Shown: positions 48,185 through 57,497, counted from the stretch's first letter. The stretch is DNA of 59,293 nt from a virus (IMGVR_UViG_3300029286_000042:1-59293), one strand, 5' to 3'. The notes: a model not told the origin generated them from the sequence alone. Numbers and translations are program-made.

Positions 48185-49037
48185 CCCACGACACCCCCCG
48201 CAGCGCCCAGATGCGCGTTAGATCCTTCTCAGCCTTCAGCATCTCCCCGACGTTCCTCCTCAACCGGGCCAACGACGGCCCTGTCCCGCGGCCACGCAGC
48301 GCAGGATCGACTGGTAGATCCGGCTCCTCGCTCAGCCTGTTGTACGCGAACCCCTCTGGATTGCCCGTCCACGTGATGATGATACCGTAGCCCGCACAGA
48401 TCGAAGTCGACGCGCTGTCCACAGAGAACCAGGGCAGAGCGAGCATCTCTCGGAGCCCGGTCACCGCCAGCCCGTGTACGCGAATCCTCCCCGACCGGAA
48501 CGCCTCGACGTGCCGCCCGATACACTCCTCGTAGAACGCCAGGTGCGAGTTTGTTCCCAACCCATTCTGCGGCGAGATACAGAAGCGTGGTCGCTCCTCC
48601 ACCATCCTCTGAAGCCAGGCGAATCCCTCCCCTTGGTGGTAGACCGGCAGACACGGGAGGCCAGCAGCTTCGATCTCCGCCATGTTCTCCCAGCCCTTCT
48701 GCGCGCTGTACTCGACCTCCTTCTTCGTCGGCTTGTCTCCGAACCGCCCCGGAATGACATCCAGGTTGATGAACTCCAGGCACCGCGCTTGGGCGACCTC
48801 CTTCAGCGCCTTGCCGAACGCCACGTAGTCGGCGAGAGGGATTGTCGCTCCCTTTGTCCACGCGCTGAAAGCCCCCGAGTCGATGATGACGTCACCAGGG
48901 AACAAAGCGATCGACGACAGCAGCCGGTCTGCCGGCCCAAGAGTCCGCAGGAAGTGGTACGAGATCAGCATGTGCGGCGTGATCTCTTCGACTGCATCCC
49001 ATCCGAACGAGTTCGCAACAGCCTGGTAGATTCGCAT
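48177..49037 (-). CDS. dpdA: DpdA-like / TGT-fold 7-deazaguanine transglycosylase
   Basis: IIDSGAFSAW..G, NLDVIPG, LPVYHQGE, VHGL, FSVDS; sits in the que operon with a TGATG overlap. Confidence 0.8.
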   Translation of the reverse strand: MRIYQAVANSFGWDAVEEITPHMLISYHFLRTLGPADRLLSSIALFPGDVIIDSGAFSAWTKGATIPLADYVAFGKALKEVAQARCLEFINLDVIPGRFGDKPTKKEVEYSAQKGWENMAEIEAAGLPCLPVYHQGEGFAWLQRMVEERPRFCISPQNGLGTNSHLAFYEECIGRHVEAFRSGRIRVHGLAVTGLREMLALPWFSVDSASTSICAGYGIIITWTGNPEGFAYNRLSEEPDLPVDPALRGRGTGPSLARLRRNVGEMLKAEKDLTRIWALRGVSWDE

Positions 49038-49936
49038 CAGAGTGTGTAGAGGTACGCTCCCACCTCGTAGAAGGGCCAGCCATGCTTGAACGTCCCGAGC
49101 CTCTTGTTCAGAGTCAGCCCGCCGTTCACCCACTGCACGCCGCGCTCTGCGACTTCGCGCAGCACCCAGAGCTTGACGTAGTTTGCCACCTGCGAATGAG
49201 CCCCCTCCACGAAGTGCAGCGTCGCGTACGTCATGTCGAACGCCACGGCGCCGTCGATGTAGAGACAGCAGATCGCAAACGGCTTGCCTTCAACCATCAC
49301 CAACCGGATGTGCGCATCGAAGAACGCCCGGAACTCCTCCAGCCATCTGACGATGACTCGCCAGTACCCGGACGCGACGAACTGCCGAAGGTCGAACGGG
49401 TTCCGCTCAGAGATCCGCCGCGCCTTGTCCGCGGCCCATCGGTCGAAGAGATCCCTCATCACCGGCAAGAACTCCGCGGCGTTCCCCGGCGTCACCTCGA
49501 TGCTCTCGCAGCCATGATCCGCCAGCCAGCGCAACGGGTAGGTGAGGTGGTTGTAGCGACTCTTCTTCCCATCATACGCCTGCGGGTCGAACACTCGCCC
49601 GAGATCCCAGAGTGTCTCCTTCTGCTGCGTACCATGAATCGGAGTCCGTAGCTGATCACTCGACAGCAGCTTCAGCCCCTCCACCTCAGCGGCGAGCCGC
49701 CCCGCTACCACCCCGTCGACGCAGTACGCCGTGCACCCCGTGGTAGTGTCCATGATGACCGCGCCAGCCGAGAGAAACGCGCGACCAGCCCTCATCTGAT
49801 CCAAGAGTCCGTGATACCCGCACAGCACCGGGAACGCGAGGTCGTGAATCCGCGTCCTCGGACTCTCTGCTCGCCACTCTTCGAACGACAAGAGGAGGGC
49901 AGAGTGCTGGTCGCAGAACTCCTGAACCGACGTCAC
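49037..49936 (-). CDS. DUF2156 / MprF C-terminal-like (Fem/GNAT fold) transferase
   Basis: GKK.RYNH, MVEGKPFA, G.QWVN.G..L..FK..WP resemble DUF2156 motifs; coupled to dpdA and queF. Confidence 0.55.
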   Translation of the reverse strand: MTSVQEFCDQHSALLLSFEEWRAESPRTRIHDLAFPVLCGYHGLLDQMRAGRAFLSAGAVIMDTTTGCTAYCVDGVVAGRLAAEVEGLKLLSSDQLRTPIHGTQQKETLWDLGRVFDPQAYDGKKSRYNHLTYPLRWLADHGCESIEVTPGNAAEFLPVMRDLFDRWAADKARRISERNPFDLRQFVASGYWRVIVRWLEEFRAFFDAHIRLVMVEGKPFAICCLYIDGAVAFDMTYATLHFVEGAHSQVANYVKLWVLREVAERGVQWVNGGLTLNKRLGTFKHGWPFYEVGAYLYTL

Positions 49937-49937
49937 G

Positions 49938-50366
49938 CTATTCCTCCGCCGCCTCTTCCTTCCCACTCTCCGCCACCACCCGCGTCGTGATCCCGCCGCG
50001 AGCGTTGAAGTCCCCGACGACCATGATCCACCGCGGACTGAGGAGCGCCACAAGGTCGTCGCAGATCTTGTTCGTGATCGACTCCATGAATCCCTGGAAG
50101 CTGCGGAAGGCGAAGAGGTAGAGCTTCAGCGACTTCGACTCGACGCACAACTCGCGCGGCTGGTAGACGATGGTGATCGTCGCGAAGTCAGGCTGACCGG
50201 TCACCGGACACAGAGACGTGAACTCCGCAGTCTGAAACTCGACTTTGTACGGACGCCCCGGCGCCTTGTTCGAGAACGTCTCCAAGATCGAGACATCCGG
50301 CGCCGTCGGGTAGCGCGTCTCCTTCGCCCCCAACGATTGCAGCCCCTCTCCTTCCCTCTGCGTCAT
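49938..50366 (-). CDS. queF: NADPH-dependent preQ0 reductase QueF (unimodular)
   Basis: EFTSLCPVTGQPDF and QueF motif ESKSLKLYL, RGGI. Confidence 0.93.
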   Translation of the reverse strand: MTQREGEGLQSLGAKETRYPTAPDVSILETFSNKAPGRPYKVEFQTAEFTSLCPVTGQPDFATITIVYQPRELCVESKSLKLYLFAFRSFQGFMESITNKICDDLVALLSPRWIMVVGDFNARGGITTRVVAESGKEEAAEE

Positions 50367-50953
50367 CTCCGTCCTCCTTCGATCAGGCTGAAGAACTCCG
50401 CTCGCGTCGTCGGCTCATCTCGGAACGTCCCGAGAAGGCACGACGTCGCCATCTCTCCCTCAGACTCCGCGCCGCGGAACCTCATGCAACTGTGCGTCGC
50501 TCGGACTACCACCCCGACACCCGCCGGCCTGAGAACCGGGTGCCCAGCCAACGCCTCCGCGATCTGCTGCGTCATGCGCTCCTGGATCTGGAAGCGCCTA
50601 GCGAACGCCTTGACGAGACGGGCGATCTTCGACAAGCCGACAACCTTTCCCCCCGACGGCAAGTAGCCGACGGACACCGTTCCCCAGAACGGCATGAGGT
50701 GATGCTCGCACGTCGAGACGAAGTCGATGTCCCTGACCACCACCATCTGGTCGTAGGACGAGGAGAACACACGACTGAGGAGCGCATCGACGTCCACCGC
50801 CGCGCCGCTCGTCAGCTCCTCCCACATCCGAGCGATGCGCTCTGGCGTTCCCCGGAGGCCATCACTCTGCGCCATCTCCTCGCCGACGAGCAGTGTCACA
50901 GCCTCCCCGAGCTTCTCGACCAACGCCTGATGCGCCATCTTCTGTTGTGCCAT
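50363..50953 (-). CDS. folE: GTP cyclohydrolase I
   Basis: TPERIA, CEHHLMPF, GLSKIARL, QIQERMT, HSCM..RG. Confidence 0.95.
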   Translation of the reverse strand: MAQQKMAHQALVEKLGEAVTLLVGEEMAQSDGLRGTPERIARMWEELTSGAAVDVDALLSRVFSSSYDQMVVVRDIDFVSTCEHHLMPFWGTVSVGYLPSGGKVVGLSKIARLVKAFARRFQIQERMTQQIAEALAGHPVLRPAGVGVVVRATHSCMRFRGAESEGEMATSCLLGTFRDEPTTRAEFFSLIEGGRR

Positions 50954-50963
50954 TTGTGCTCCC

Positions 50964-51578
50964 TCACCTGATCCCCAACAGCTTGTGCAGTTGGACGCTG
51001 ACCCGCCATCCTTCGACACGATACGCGAGTTCCAGCGCCCGCCTGACGTTGTCCTGATTGATCTCCCATCCATCAAACACCGGCGACAGGATGTGCTCCG
51101 CATCAGGATACGCAGAACGCAAGTGCAAGAGCCAACCTTCCCCCGTCTCCTTCGTCACCGGGACGCGGATCTCGTCCACCTCTCGCGCCACGCTCGCATC
51201 GAGCGGCGCCCCAACCTTCGGGCTGACCGTCACCCAGTCGAGTTCGTCCTCCGGGATACAGAGCGTGCCGTTCGTTTCGAGCCCTTGCCACCATCCTAGG
51301 TGGTGGAATCCAGAGAGTAGCTCGCCACTCAGCTGGAGGAGAGGCTCACCGCCCGTGAAGATCACCCGCTTGCTCGTTCCGTAGAGATCGGCAGCACGCG
51401 CCTGATTGATGATCTCCTCCGCGCTCATCTCCACGACATCCGTCACCGGCTGATCGCACCACGGGCACTGGAGGTTGCAGCCTGCGAATCGTACGAAGAC
51501 CACCGGCACCCCGACGTTCGCCCCTTCGCCCTGGAGCGAGTAGAAGATCTCCATGATCCTGTAGCTCTTCTCAGGCAT
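50964..51578 (-). CDS. queE: 7-carboxy-7-deazaguanine synthase (radical SAM)
   Basis: EIFYSLQGEG, GCNLQCPWCD, TGGEP, ETNGT, VSPK, QLHK. Confidence 0.95.
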   Translation of the reverse strand: MPEKSYRIMEIFYSLQGEGANVGVPVVFVRFAGCNLQCPWCDQPVTDVVEMSAEEIINQARAADLYGTSKRVIFTGGEPLLQLSGELLSGFHHLGWWQGLETNGTLCIPEDELDWVTVSPKVGAPLDASVAREVDEIRVPVTKETGEGWLLHLRSAYPDAEHILSPVFDGWEINQDNVRRALELAYRVEGWRVSVQLHKLLGIR

Positions 51579-51954
51579 AGCACGGCCCCTCAGTCATCCC
51601 ACCGATCACTGCTTGCGCGTAGCTTCCGACCGTCTCCCAGACCCTGACGCAGGCCCCATGCTTCTCCCCGCCACACGGAAGCGAGAAGATGTGCGCAGCG
51701 ATGATCCTCGCCATGTTCTCCGCCGTCGGCTCCACACCCTTCTTGAACTGCGGCATGTCATTGAGGAGCTGATGGTCGAAGAGGCGCACCAGCGCGCCGA
51801 TCTTCGCGAAGTCGACCAGCATCCCATCCGTTCCGATCGCCCCATCGACCCAGACCTCGACCTTGTACGAGTGCCCGTGCATCCGCTGGCATGCCCCCTC
51901 GTACTCAGGCAGCTTGTGGGCCGCTTCGATCATCAGCGTCTTGTAGACTCGCAT
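51571..51954 (-). CDS. queD: 6-carboxytetrahydropterin synthase
   Basis: AAH.L..C..MHGHSY, DF, DH..LN, PTAEN, WET. Confidence 0.95.
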   Translation of the reverse strand: MRVYKTLMIEAAHKLPEYEGACQRMHGHSYKVEVWVDGAIGTDGMLVDFAKIGALVRLFDHQLLNDMPQFKKGVEPTAENMARIIAAHIFSLPCGGEKHGACVRVWETVGSYAQAVIGGMTEGPCYA

Positions 51955-52924
51955 CTGTCTCCTCCTTCTCCATCACCCATGCGCGCCTCACTCGTCGGAG
52001 GAACGCCGCTGCCGCCTTTCCGCTCGACCCGCGCAACTCGACCGGCAGGTAGCTGTCGATGAATCGCTTCTCCTCTTCCGTGATCCCCTCGTTCACCGCT
52101 TCCCTGACAGCCGCCGGGAAGTCCTCCGGCGACTGGACATGCCTCCCGATCCCCTCAGAATAGACCCTGCCGAGCGGCGCGTCCCCGCACTGCGCGACGA
52201 CGAACTCTCCGATAAGCCAGTCCGGGAACACCACCGGCACCCCCAGCGCCCATGCCTCGAACACGGTCCCCGAGACATCGCCGATGCACGCCTTCGCGAA
52301 GTGGAGGACGTCGCGCGCCAGAACACTTGACCGCCCCGACACCGCAGGGTGCCCTACCCTGACAATCTCATGCGCCGCGTCGAGCGCCTTCGAGAAGTAG
52401 AGCGGCGGCAGGACGTACTCGCCGATGAACGCACTGTGCGACGGCGCCCAGAGGACAACCGGCTTCGGATTCTTCGCCGCGAGCCTCGCATCTCGAAGAA
52501 CGTGCTGCCCGTAGAACTCTTTGAGCGCAGGATCAGAGGCGAACGCCTGATGCCAGCGGAACGCCTCGTCGAGGCCCGGATGGCCGACCGTCACCATCTT
52601 CGCCCGCTCCACACCTCTCGCCGCCAAGCAGTCCGCGGCCATCGGCCCGGGTACTCCGATGTAGTCGAACTGCGACAGGCGTTCGACCGTCGTCCCCAAG
52701 ACCTTCTGCAAGATCCCGTGCGATATGTAGAGGTCGCAGCACTCCCTCGGCCTCCCGAAGACGTCCGTCTCCTCGCGGAAGAAATGGACGTTGAACCGCA
52801 ACGGGTCCGCAGCAGCCCCGACGCTCACCTCAACCTCAGGCGGCAGGTGTTTGGCAATCGCCCAGACAAACATCGAAACGAGGTGAGCGTATCCAGCCCC
52901 AGGATTGATGAAGTGGACGCCCAC
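51905..52924 (-). CDS. CDP-glycerol:glycerophosphotransferase-like (TagF/GT-B) protein
   Basis: SHGI..K, VGHP.LD, VLWAPSH, HP, GDVSG..FEA..LG.PVVF follow TagB/TagF motifs. Confidence 0.7.
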   Translation of the reverse strand: MGVHFINPGAGYAHLVSMFVWAIAKHLPPEVEVSVGAAADPLRFNVHFFREETDVFGRPRECCDLYISHGILQKVLGTTVERLSQFDYIGVPGPMAADCLAARGVERAKMVTVGHPGLDEAFRWHQAFASDPALKEFYGQHVLRDARLAAKNPKPVVLWAPSHSAFIGEYVLPPLYFSKALDAAHEIVRVGHPAVSGRSSVLARDVLHFAKACIGDVSGTVFEAWALGVPVVFPDWLIGEFVVAQCGDAPLGRVYSEGIGRHVQSPEDFPAAVREAVNEGITEEEKRFIDSYLPVELRGSSGKAAAAFLRRVRRAWVMEKEETDASLQDADDRSGPQAA

Positions 52925-52926
52925 GC

Positions 52927-54051
52927 TTAGAACACCTCCCCGATGACCTGCTCCCACTTCCCTCGCCATGTCCGGTAGTCGAACGCCGAGCGGACCACTT
53001 CGAGCGCACAGTCCGCAAACCGCAGGCGCTCGCCCCGATTCTCGTACGCTCTACGAATCGCCGCCACGAGTTCCGGCACCGTCGGCTGGACCAGGTAACC
53101 GTTGAACCCGTCGACGATCATGTTCGGGAGCCCGCCGACGACCGAGGCCACCACCGGCACACCACTCGCCATCGCCTCCAGGCAACTGAGTGATGTTCCT
53201 TCCGCCCCACGCGTCGGGATGAGCGCGAGATCCATTCCCCTGTAGGCTTCGGGCATCTTCGCCATGTCCAGGCCACGGAACGAGACTCGGCCCATTGCCT
53301 CCTTTGCCAGGAGAGCGATCTCCCTCTTCCATCTTTGATCGCCAGCACCCGACGCCGTGGACCCGAAGAAGTCGAAGTGAATGTCAGGGATCTCAGGGAG
53401 CAAGAGCCGCGCCGCCTCGATCGTCAGGTCCACTCCACGCGCCTCGCATAGTCGCCGTGGGAACATGACGTGGAACCCTTGGTGCACCCCATCCCCGGGC
53501 GTGAAGAGTTGGGTGTCGACATAGTTCGGGATGTAGCAGAACTTCGTATCGAGCCCCGGCGCCACGCCACGGACGTAGTTGATGATGTTCGTGTCATTCG
53601 CCACAACCCTCGCCAATGGCCTGATCGCGTCGGTCACGGCCTTCGACCCCTCTGGCTCACGGAAGGCGTTGCCGGCGGGTCCCCGGAGATCCCACCACAC
53701 ACCATGCGAGACACCGATGCTCCGCTCCTTTGGAGACGGCCCGCCGAGATCGAAGCGGAAGTAGATTGCGCGCTCCACATCCCGTGTCGCCGCTTCGAAC
53801 GCCTCCCCCAGCTTCCCATCAGGCGTGAACAGAGAGGTCGCCACTCCCAACGAGCGGACCTCCATGCGCTTGTAGTAGGCCGTCCATGGCTCATTAGTCG
53901 ACGCCTGGTACACGAGGACGTCGAACCCCATCTCTCGAAGCAACTGGCGAATGTCGACGAGATACCGCTCCCCGCCTCCCATGCACACGGACCCACCCGA
54001 GAGATCGAAGAAGCTCGGCGTCAGGATCGCTACACGCTGCCGCTTAGCCAT
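52927..54051 (-). CDS. Glycosyltransferase family 4 (GT-B)
   Basis: GGGER, IPNYVD, RRL..RG, EGTSLSCLEAMASG.PVV..VGG. Confidence 0.92.
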   Translation of the reverse strand: MAKRQRVAILTPSFFDLSGGSVCMGGGERYLVDIRQLLREMGFDVLVYQASTNEPWTAYYKRMEVRSLGVATSLFTPDGKLGEAFEAATRDVERAIYFRFDLGGPSPKERSIGVSHGVWWDLRGPAGNAFREPEGSKAVTDAIRPLARVVANDTNIINYVRGVAPGLDTKFCYIPNYVDTQLFTPGDGVHQGFHVMFPRRLCEARGVDLTIEAARLLLPEIPDIHFDFFGSTASGAGDQRWKREIALLAKEAMGRVSFRGLDMAKMPEAYRGMDLALIPTRGAEGTSLSCLEAMASGVPVVASVVGGLPNMIVDGFNGYLVQPTVPELVAAIRRAYENRGERLRFADCALEVVRSAFDYRTWRGKWEQVIGEVF

Positions 54052-54698
54052 CTGAAAGGACCTCGCTTCGCCATCTCCACGCAGTCGTCAGGCGTATCTA
54101 GTTCAAGGATGAACTCGCTCGGAACACCGACAGTCGCCACCGCCCCCAACTCCCCGCAGTCGAAGAGATGCCGCTGCTGGAAGCACCACTCCCCTGTGCG
54201 CCCCAAGAGCTTCGCCATCACCGCACGGACCCGCTCCGCCCCCTCCGTCCTCCCCACCGCGAACACGCCGGCGTGATCGCTATCCTCCCTCACAAGCCGA
54301 GAGACCCCGACATCCTCCGCCTTCTCCATCAGCCGCAGCAAGAGGTACGGCGCCACCATCGTATCGCCGTTGATGACAACCGTCGGCGCCTCGATCCGGT
54401 CAGCAACCAACGACAGCGAGTAGAGGTTATCAGACGTCTGCCAGTCAGTGTTGTAGAAGACTTCCAACCGGGAAGAAAGGCGACGCGCCTCTTCCTGAAG
54501 CTCGCTCGCATACCGCCCGCCGACGATCACCACATCCAACGCCTCGCCGCGCGCAAGAGCGACCTCCGTCATCGCTCCGACAATCTCCGCGAGGACCGTC
54601 CTCCCATTCGGCGTGTAGAGGAGGGGCTTTGCCACTCCACCTCTGACGCTCCCCGCCATCCGCCCGCCGTCGCCCGCAGCCAAGATGATTGCCCGCAT
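54030..54698 (-). CDS. LicC/PntC-like cytidylyltransferase (NTP transferase)
   Basis: AIILAAG.G.RM..KPL, YN.DW..DNLYSL, INGD, ELDT..D. Confidence 0.78.
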   Translation of the reverse strand: MRAIILAAGDGGRMAGSVRGGVAKPLLYTPNGRTVLAEIVGAMTEVALARGEALDVVIVGGRYASELQEEARRLSSRLEVFYNTDWQTSDNLYSLSLVADRIEAPTVVINGDTMVAPYLLLRLMEKAEDVGVSRLVREDSDHAGVFAVGRTEGAERVRAVMAKLLGRTGEWCFQQRHLFDCGELGAVATVGVPSEFILELDTPDDCVEMAKRGPFRWLSGSV

Positions 54699-55486
54699 CA
54701 CAGCCCCCTTGTCTCCCCTAGTACCTTCCTCCTGATGACCGCGCTCCCCCGATCCATCAAGAAGACCGCCGCCAAGATCACGAGCATGCACGCCGCAACT
54801 TCCTTCGGCCTGAACAAGCGTATCGACACAAGGAGCGGCACACCAATTCCCCCCGCCCCGACTAGGCCGAGCATCGTCGAGCTACGGACGCAGTATTCCA
54901 GGTAGTAGAGAACATAGCTGATGAGCAGGTAGCTCGTCCCCGGCAACAGGACGTGAACGACGATCTGGAACCGCGACGCTCCATCCACCTTCGCCGCCTC
55001 GATTGGCTCCATGTCTGCGGCCTCGAACGCCTCCGCGAAGTATCTGCCCATCGCCCCGGTGCAGTGGAAGACGAGTCCCAAGACGCCAGGAAACGGCCCG
55101 AGGCCGACCATCGACACAAAGAGCAGCGCGTAGAGAAGCGACGGGATTCCGCGCAGCACGTTGAGCACCATCCGCGCCCCGTGGTAGAGCCACGGCCACG
55201 GACAGACGTTCCGCGCAGCGCACAGGCCCATCACCACGGCACCGAGCGACGCCCAGAACGTCGCAACGAGAGCAATCGCCAAGCTCTCCCCCAACGGCTT
55301 GAGGAGACTCGGCACCTTCGCCCAGGCCGGCGGCCACATCGAGGCGATGTACTGCACGATGTTCGGGAACCCCTTGACCAAAGCGACAGGGCTCGTCTCC
55401 GTCTCCACCATGCACCACGAGACGAGGGCGAGCCCCAACGGCAGGACAAGCCACCAGACACCCCTATGCGTCAGGTGCGTAGTCAA
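54698..55486 (-). CDS. phnE: Phosphonate/phosphite ABC transporter permease
   Basis: PP.W, LRGIP.L..AL.FV..GLGP..G, EAA..DG EAA loop, E..VR.STMLG.VGAGGIG. Confidence 0.92.
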   Translation of the reverse strand: MTTHLTHRGVWWLVLPLGLALVSWCMVETETSPVALVKGFPNIVQYIASMWPPAWAKVPSLLKPLGESLAIALVATFWASLGAVVMGLCAARNVCPWPWLYHGARMVLNVLRGIPSLLYALLFVSMVGLGPFPGVLGLVFHCTGAMGRYFAEAFEAADMEPIEAAKVDGASRFQIVVHVLLPGTSYLLISYVLYYLEYCVRSSTMLGLVGAGGIGVPLLVSIRLFRPKEVAACMLVILAAVFLMDRGSAVIRRKVLGETRGL

Positions 55487-56339
55487 GCTCGTCGACGATC
55501 TGACGAATCACTCCGAACGGGTCAGGAGCCGCCGACGCGAATCCATCCAACGCAAACGGCGCGCACGCTTCCTTCGGCACACTCAACCACGCCGCTGTGA
55601 GTCGCGCGAGAAACTCTGGTGCGAACCCCGGCCGCACGATGACCGCGTTTGTCGGAATCGGGTCCGACTGTAGGGCGACAACGAACTGCCCATCGGCGAT
55701 GTTCCCCGCCGCGAGATTCTTCCCAAGCCGGAAGTCGTTGCAGCACGCGAGATCGACCGTCCCCTGCGCCAGAGCGATGATCGCCGCATCGTGCGATCCC
55801 GCGTAGTAGACCGTGGAGAAGTCCTCATCCTTCAACCCGAGGCGCTGGAGCATCATCCGAGGCACCAAGCCACCCGTCGTCGACGTTGGATCGACATACG
55901 CCAACCGCAGGCCCCTGAGCTGGTCCGCCGTCGCGCTCCCCGACTGAATCCCGAGGTCCGTCCGGGCAAGGATCAGCGCGTAGTCGAAGGGCTGGTGCGT
56001 GTTCGCCTTCACATCCACCACCAAAGCCGAGGCACCGAACAACGCTTCAGCCTGGACCACGTTGAACGCGCCGACGCGCGCAAGGTCTGCGAAGCCGAAC
56101 CTCATCGCCTGAAGTACCGCCGCGTAGTCTGTCGCCACCACGTACTTGACAGGGATGCCGAGCTGGTCACTCACCCACGCAAGGATGGGCCGGAACGCCT
56201 CGACATCATCCGACGCGCTCCCCGACGGCACGTTGACGAAGGTCAGTTCCGATGGATCAGCTTGCTGTCCGCTCGCCACAAAGAGAACCGTCGCCACGAC
56301 CAGCGCGACGACGATGCTGATGCCCGCTACCCGCTTCAT
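55464..56339 (-). CDS. phnD: Phosphonate/phosphite/phosphate ABC substrate-binding protein
   Basis: Signal peptide, DY.AV..AM..G..D.A, DP.STTG.L.P, GSHDA, S.PIP. Confidence 0.9.
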   Translation of the reverse strand: MKRVAGISIVVALVVATVLFVASGQQADPSELTFVNVPSGSASDDVEAFRPILAWVSDQLGIPVKYVVATDYAAVLQAMRFGFADLARVGAFNVVQAEALFGASALVVDVKANTHQPFDYALILARTDLGIQSGSATADQLRGLRLAYVDPTSTTGGLVPRMMLQRLGLKDEDFSTVYYAGSHDAAIIALAQGTVDLACCNDFRLGKNLAAGNIADGQFVVALQSDPIPTNAVIVRPGFAPEFLARLTAAWLSVPKEACAPFALDGFASAAPDPFGVIRQIVDELDYAPDA

Positions 56340-56353
56340 CTCTCCCCCTTCTC

Positions 56354-57019
56354 TCACTCGTACTCTGTCGGGTCTATGACTCCTGCCAACCGGAACGCAG
56401 CACGACGCTCCACGCATGTGCCACAGACGCCGCAGTGCTTCTCCCTCCCATTGTAGCACGACCACGTCAATCCGAACGGCGCACCGACCTCCGCACCCTG
56501 CGCGACGATCTGTGCTTTGGTCATGTAGAGGAACGGCGTGAGGAGCAGGATCGGTTCCCAGTCACAGACTGCGAGCGCCCCAGTCATCGCCAAGACGAAC
56601 GACCCCCGACAGTCAGGGTAGATCGCGTGGTCGCCGGCATGCGCCCCGTACGCCACCGCATTCGCCTGCGAGTTGATCGCGTACGCCGCAGCCGCCGCAA
56701 GCAGCAGCATGTTCCGGTTCGGGACGACCGTGGACTTCATCGAGTCCGCTTCGTAGTGGCCTTCCGGGATCGCCTGGCCGCTCGCCTCGATCAGCGACGA
56801 GCTGTCGAAGATCGAAGAGAGCGCCGACAGGTCGAGCCGCTTCCCTTCCACCCCGAAATGTCGCCACACATCCTCTGCCGCCTGAAGCTCGCGCGCATGG
56901 CGCTGGCCGTAGTCGACGGAGAACGGAAGAACCTCATGGCCTTGTGCCACGAGGCTCGCCAGCAAGACAGTCGAATCTAGCCCGCCGCTGTGAACGACGA
57001 CCACCCGCATGGTCGACAC
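56354..57019 (-). CDS. queC: 7-cyano-7-deazaguanine synthase
   Basis: SGGLDS, YGQRH..E, VPNRN, YPDC, TWSCY..CG.C.TC..R. Confidence 0.96.
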   Translation of the reverse strand: MSTMRVVVVHSGGLDSTVLLASLVAQGHEVLPFSVDYGQRHARELQAAEDVWRHFGVEGKRLDLSALSSIFDSSSLIEASGQAIPEGHYEADSMKSTVVPNRNMLLLAAAAAYAINSQANAVAYGAHAGDHAIYPDCRGSFVLAMTGALAVCDWEPILLLTPFLYMTKAQIVAQGAEVGAPFGLTWSCYNGREKHCGVCGTCVERRAAFRLAGVIDPTEYE

Positions 57020-57034
57020 CCCCTTCGCTCCGCT

Positions 57035-57487
57035 CTACCGCAGAATGGTGAAGACGTTCGACGAGAAGGAGAGCTTTCGAGCAACTCCCGGCCCCACCTT
57101 GAACACCAGAAGCCCGTCGTAGCGGTACGAACCGCAAACGAGATCACGCGGCAGGTCGATTGTGATCTCGATCTCACGCTCACCACTTTCGAGGAATACC
57201 GGCTGGCGCCACGTGTGGACTTCCTTCTCCGCCCCATCACGCAGCACAAGGTCGAGGAACATCTCGCCCACGAAGTCCCCGGTACTGTAGCGATCCAGGA
57301 GCAAGACCTGCACCTGCTGTCCCTTCTCCACACACTCCGCGGCGAATCCCTTCACCTCGACAAAGGCCGAGACAGGGACGTACCGATAGTAGACAATCGG
57401 CAAGACGACGCCCAGCAAGAGCGCCACGACGAGTCCACCACCAATCCCGAGGAGCCAGTATCGAATCCGCGTCCTGTCCACCGCCAT
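57035..57487 (-). CDS. Membrane-anchored protein with beta-rich (Ig-like) domain
   Basis: One TM helix followed by a beta-strand pattern. Confidence 0.55.
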   Translation of the reverse strand: MAVDRTRIRYWLLGIGGGLVVALLLGVVLPIVYYRYVPVSAFVEVKGFAAECVEKGQQVQVLLLDRYSTGDFVGEMFLDLVLRDGAEKEVHTWRQPVFLESGEREIEITIDLPRDLVCGSYRYDGLLVFKVGPGVARKLSFSSNVFTILR

Positions 57488-57497
57488 AAGCCCCCCC

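Noticed and set aside
49938-50366. QueF-like amidinotransferase / archaeosine (dG+) pathway
   Set aside because: The NADPH-binding QueF motif ESKSLKLY is intact and there is no arcS or Gat-QueC, so preQ1 is the expected product
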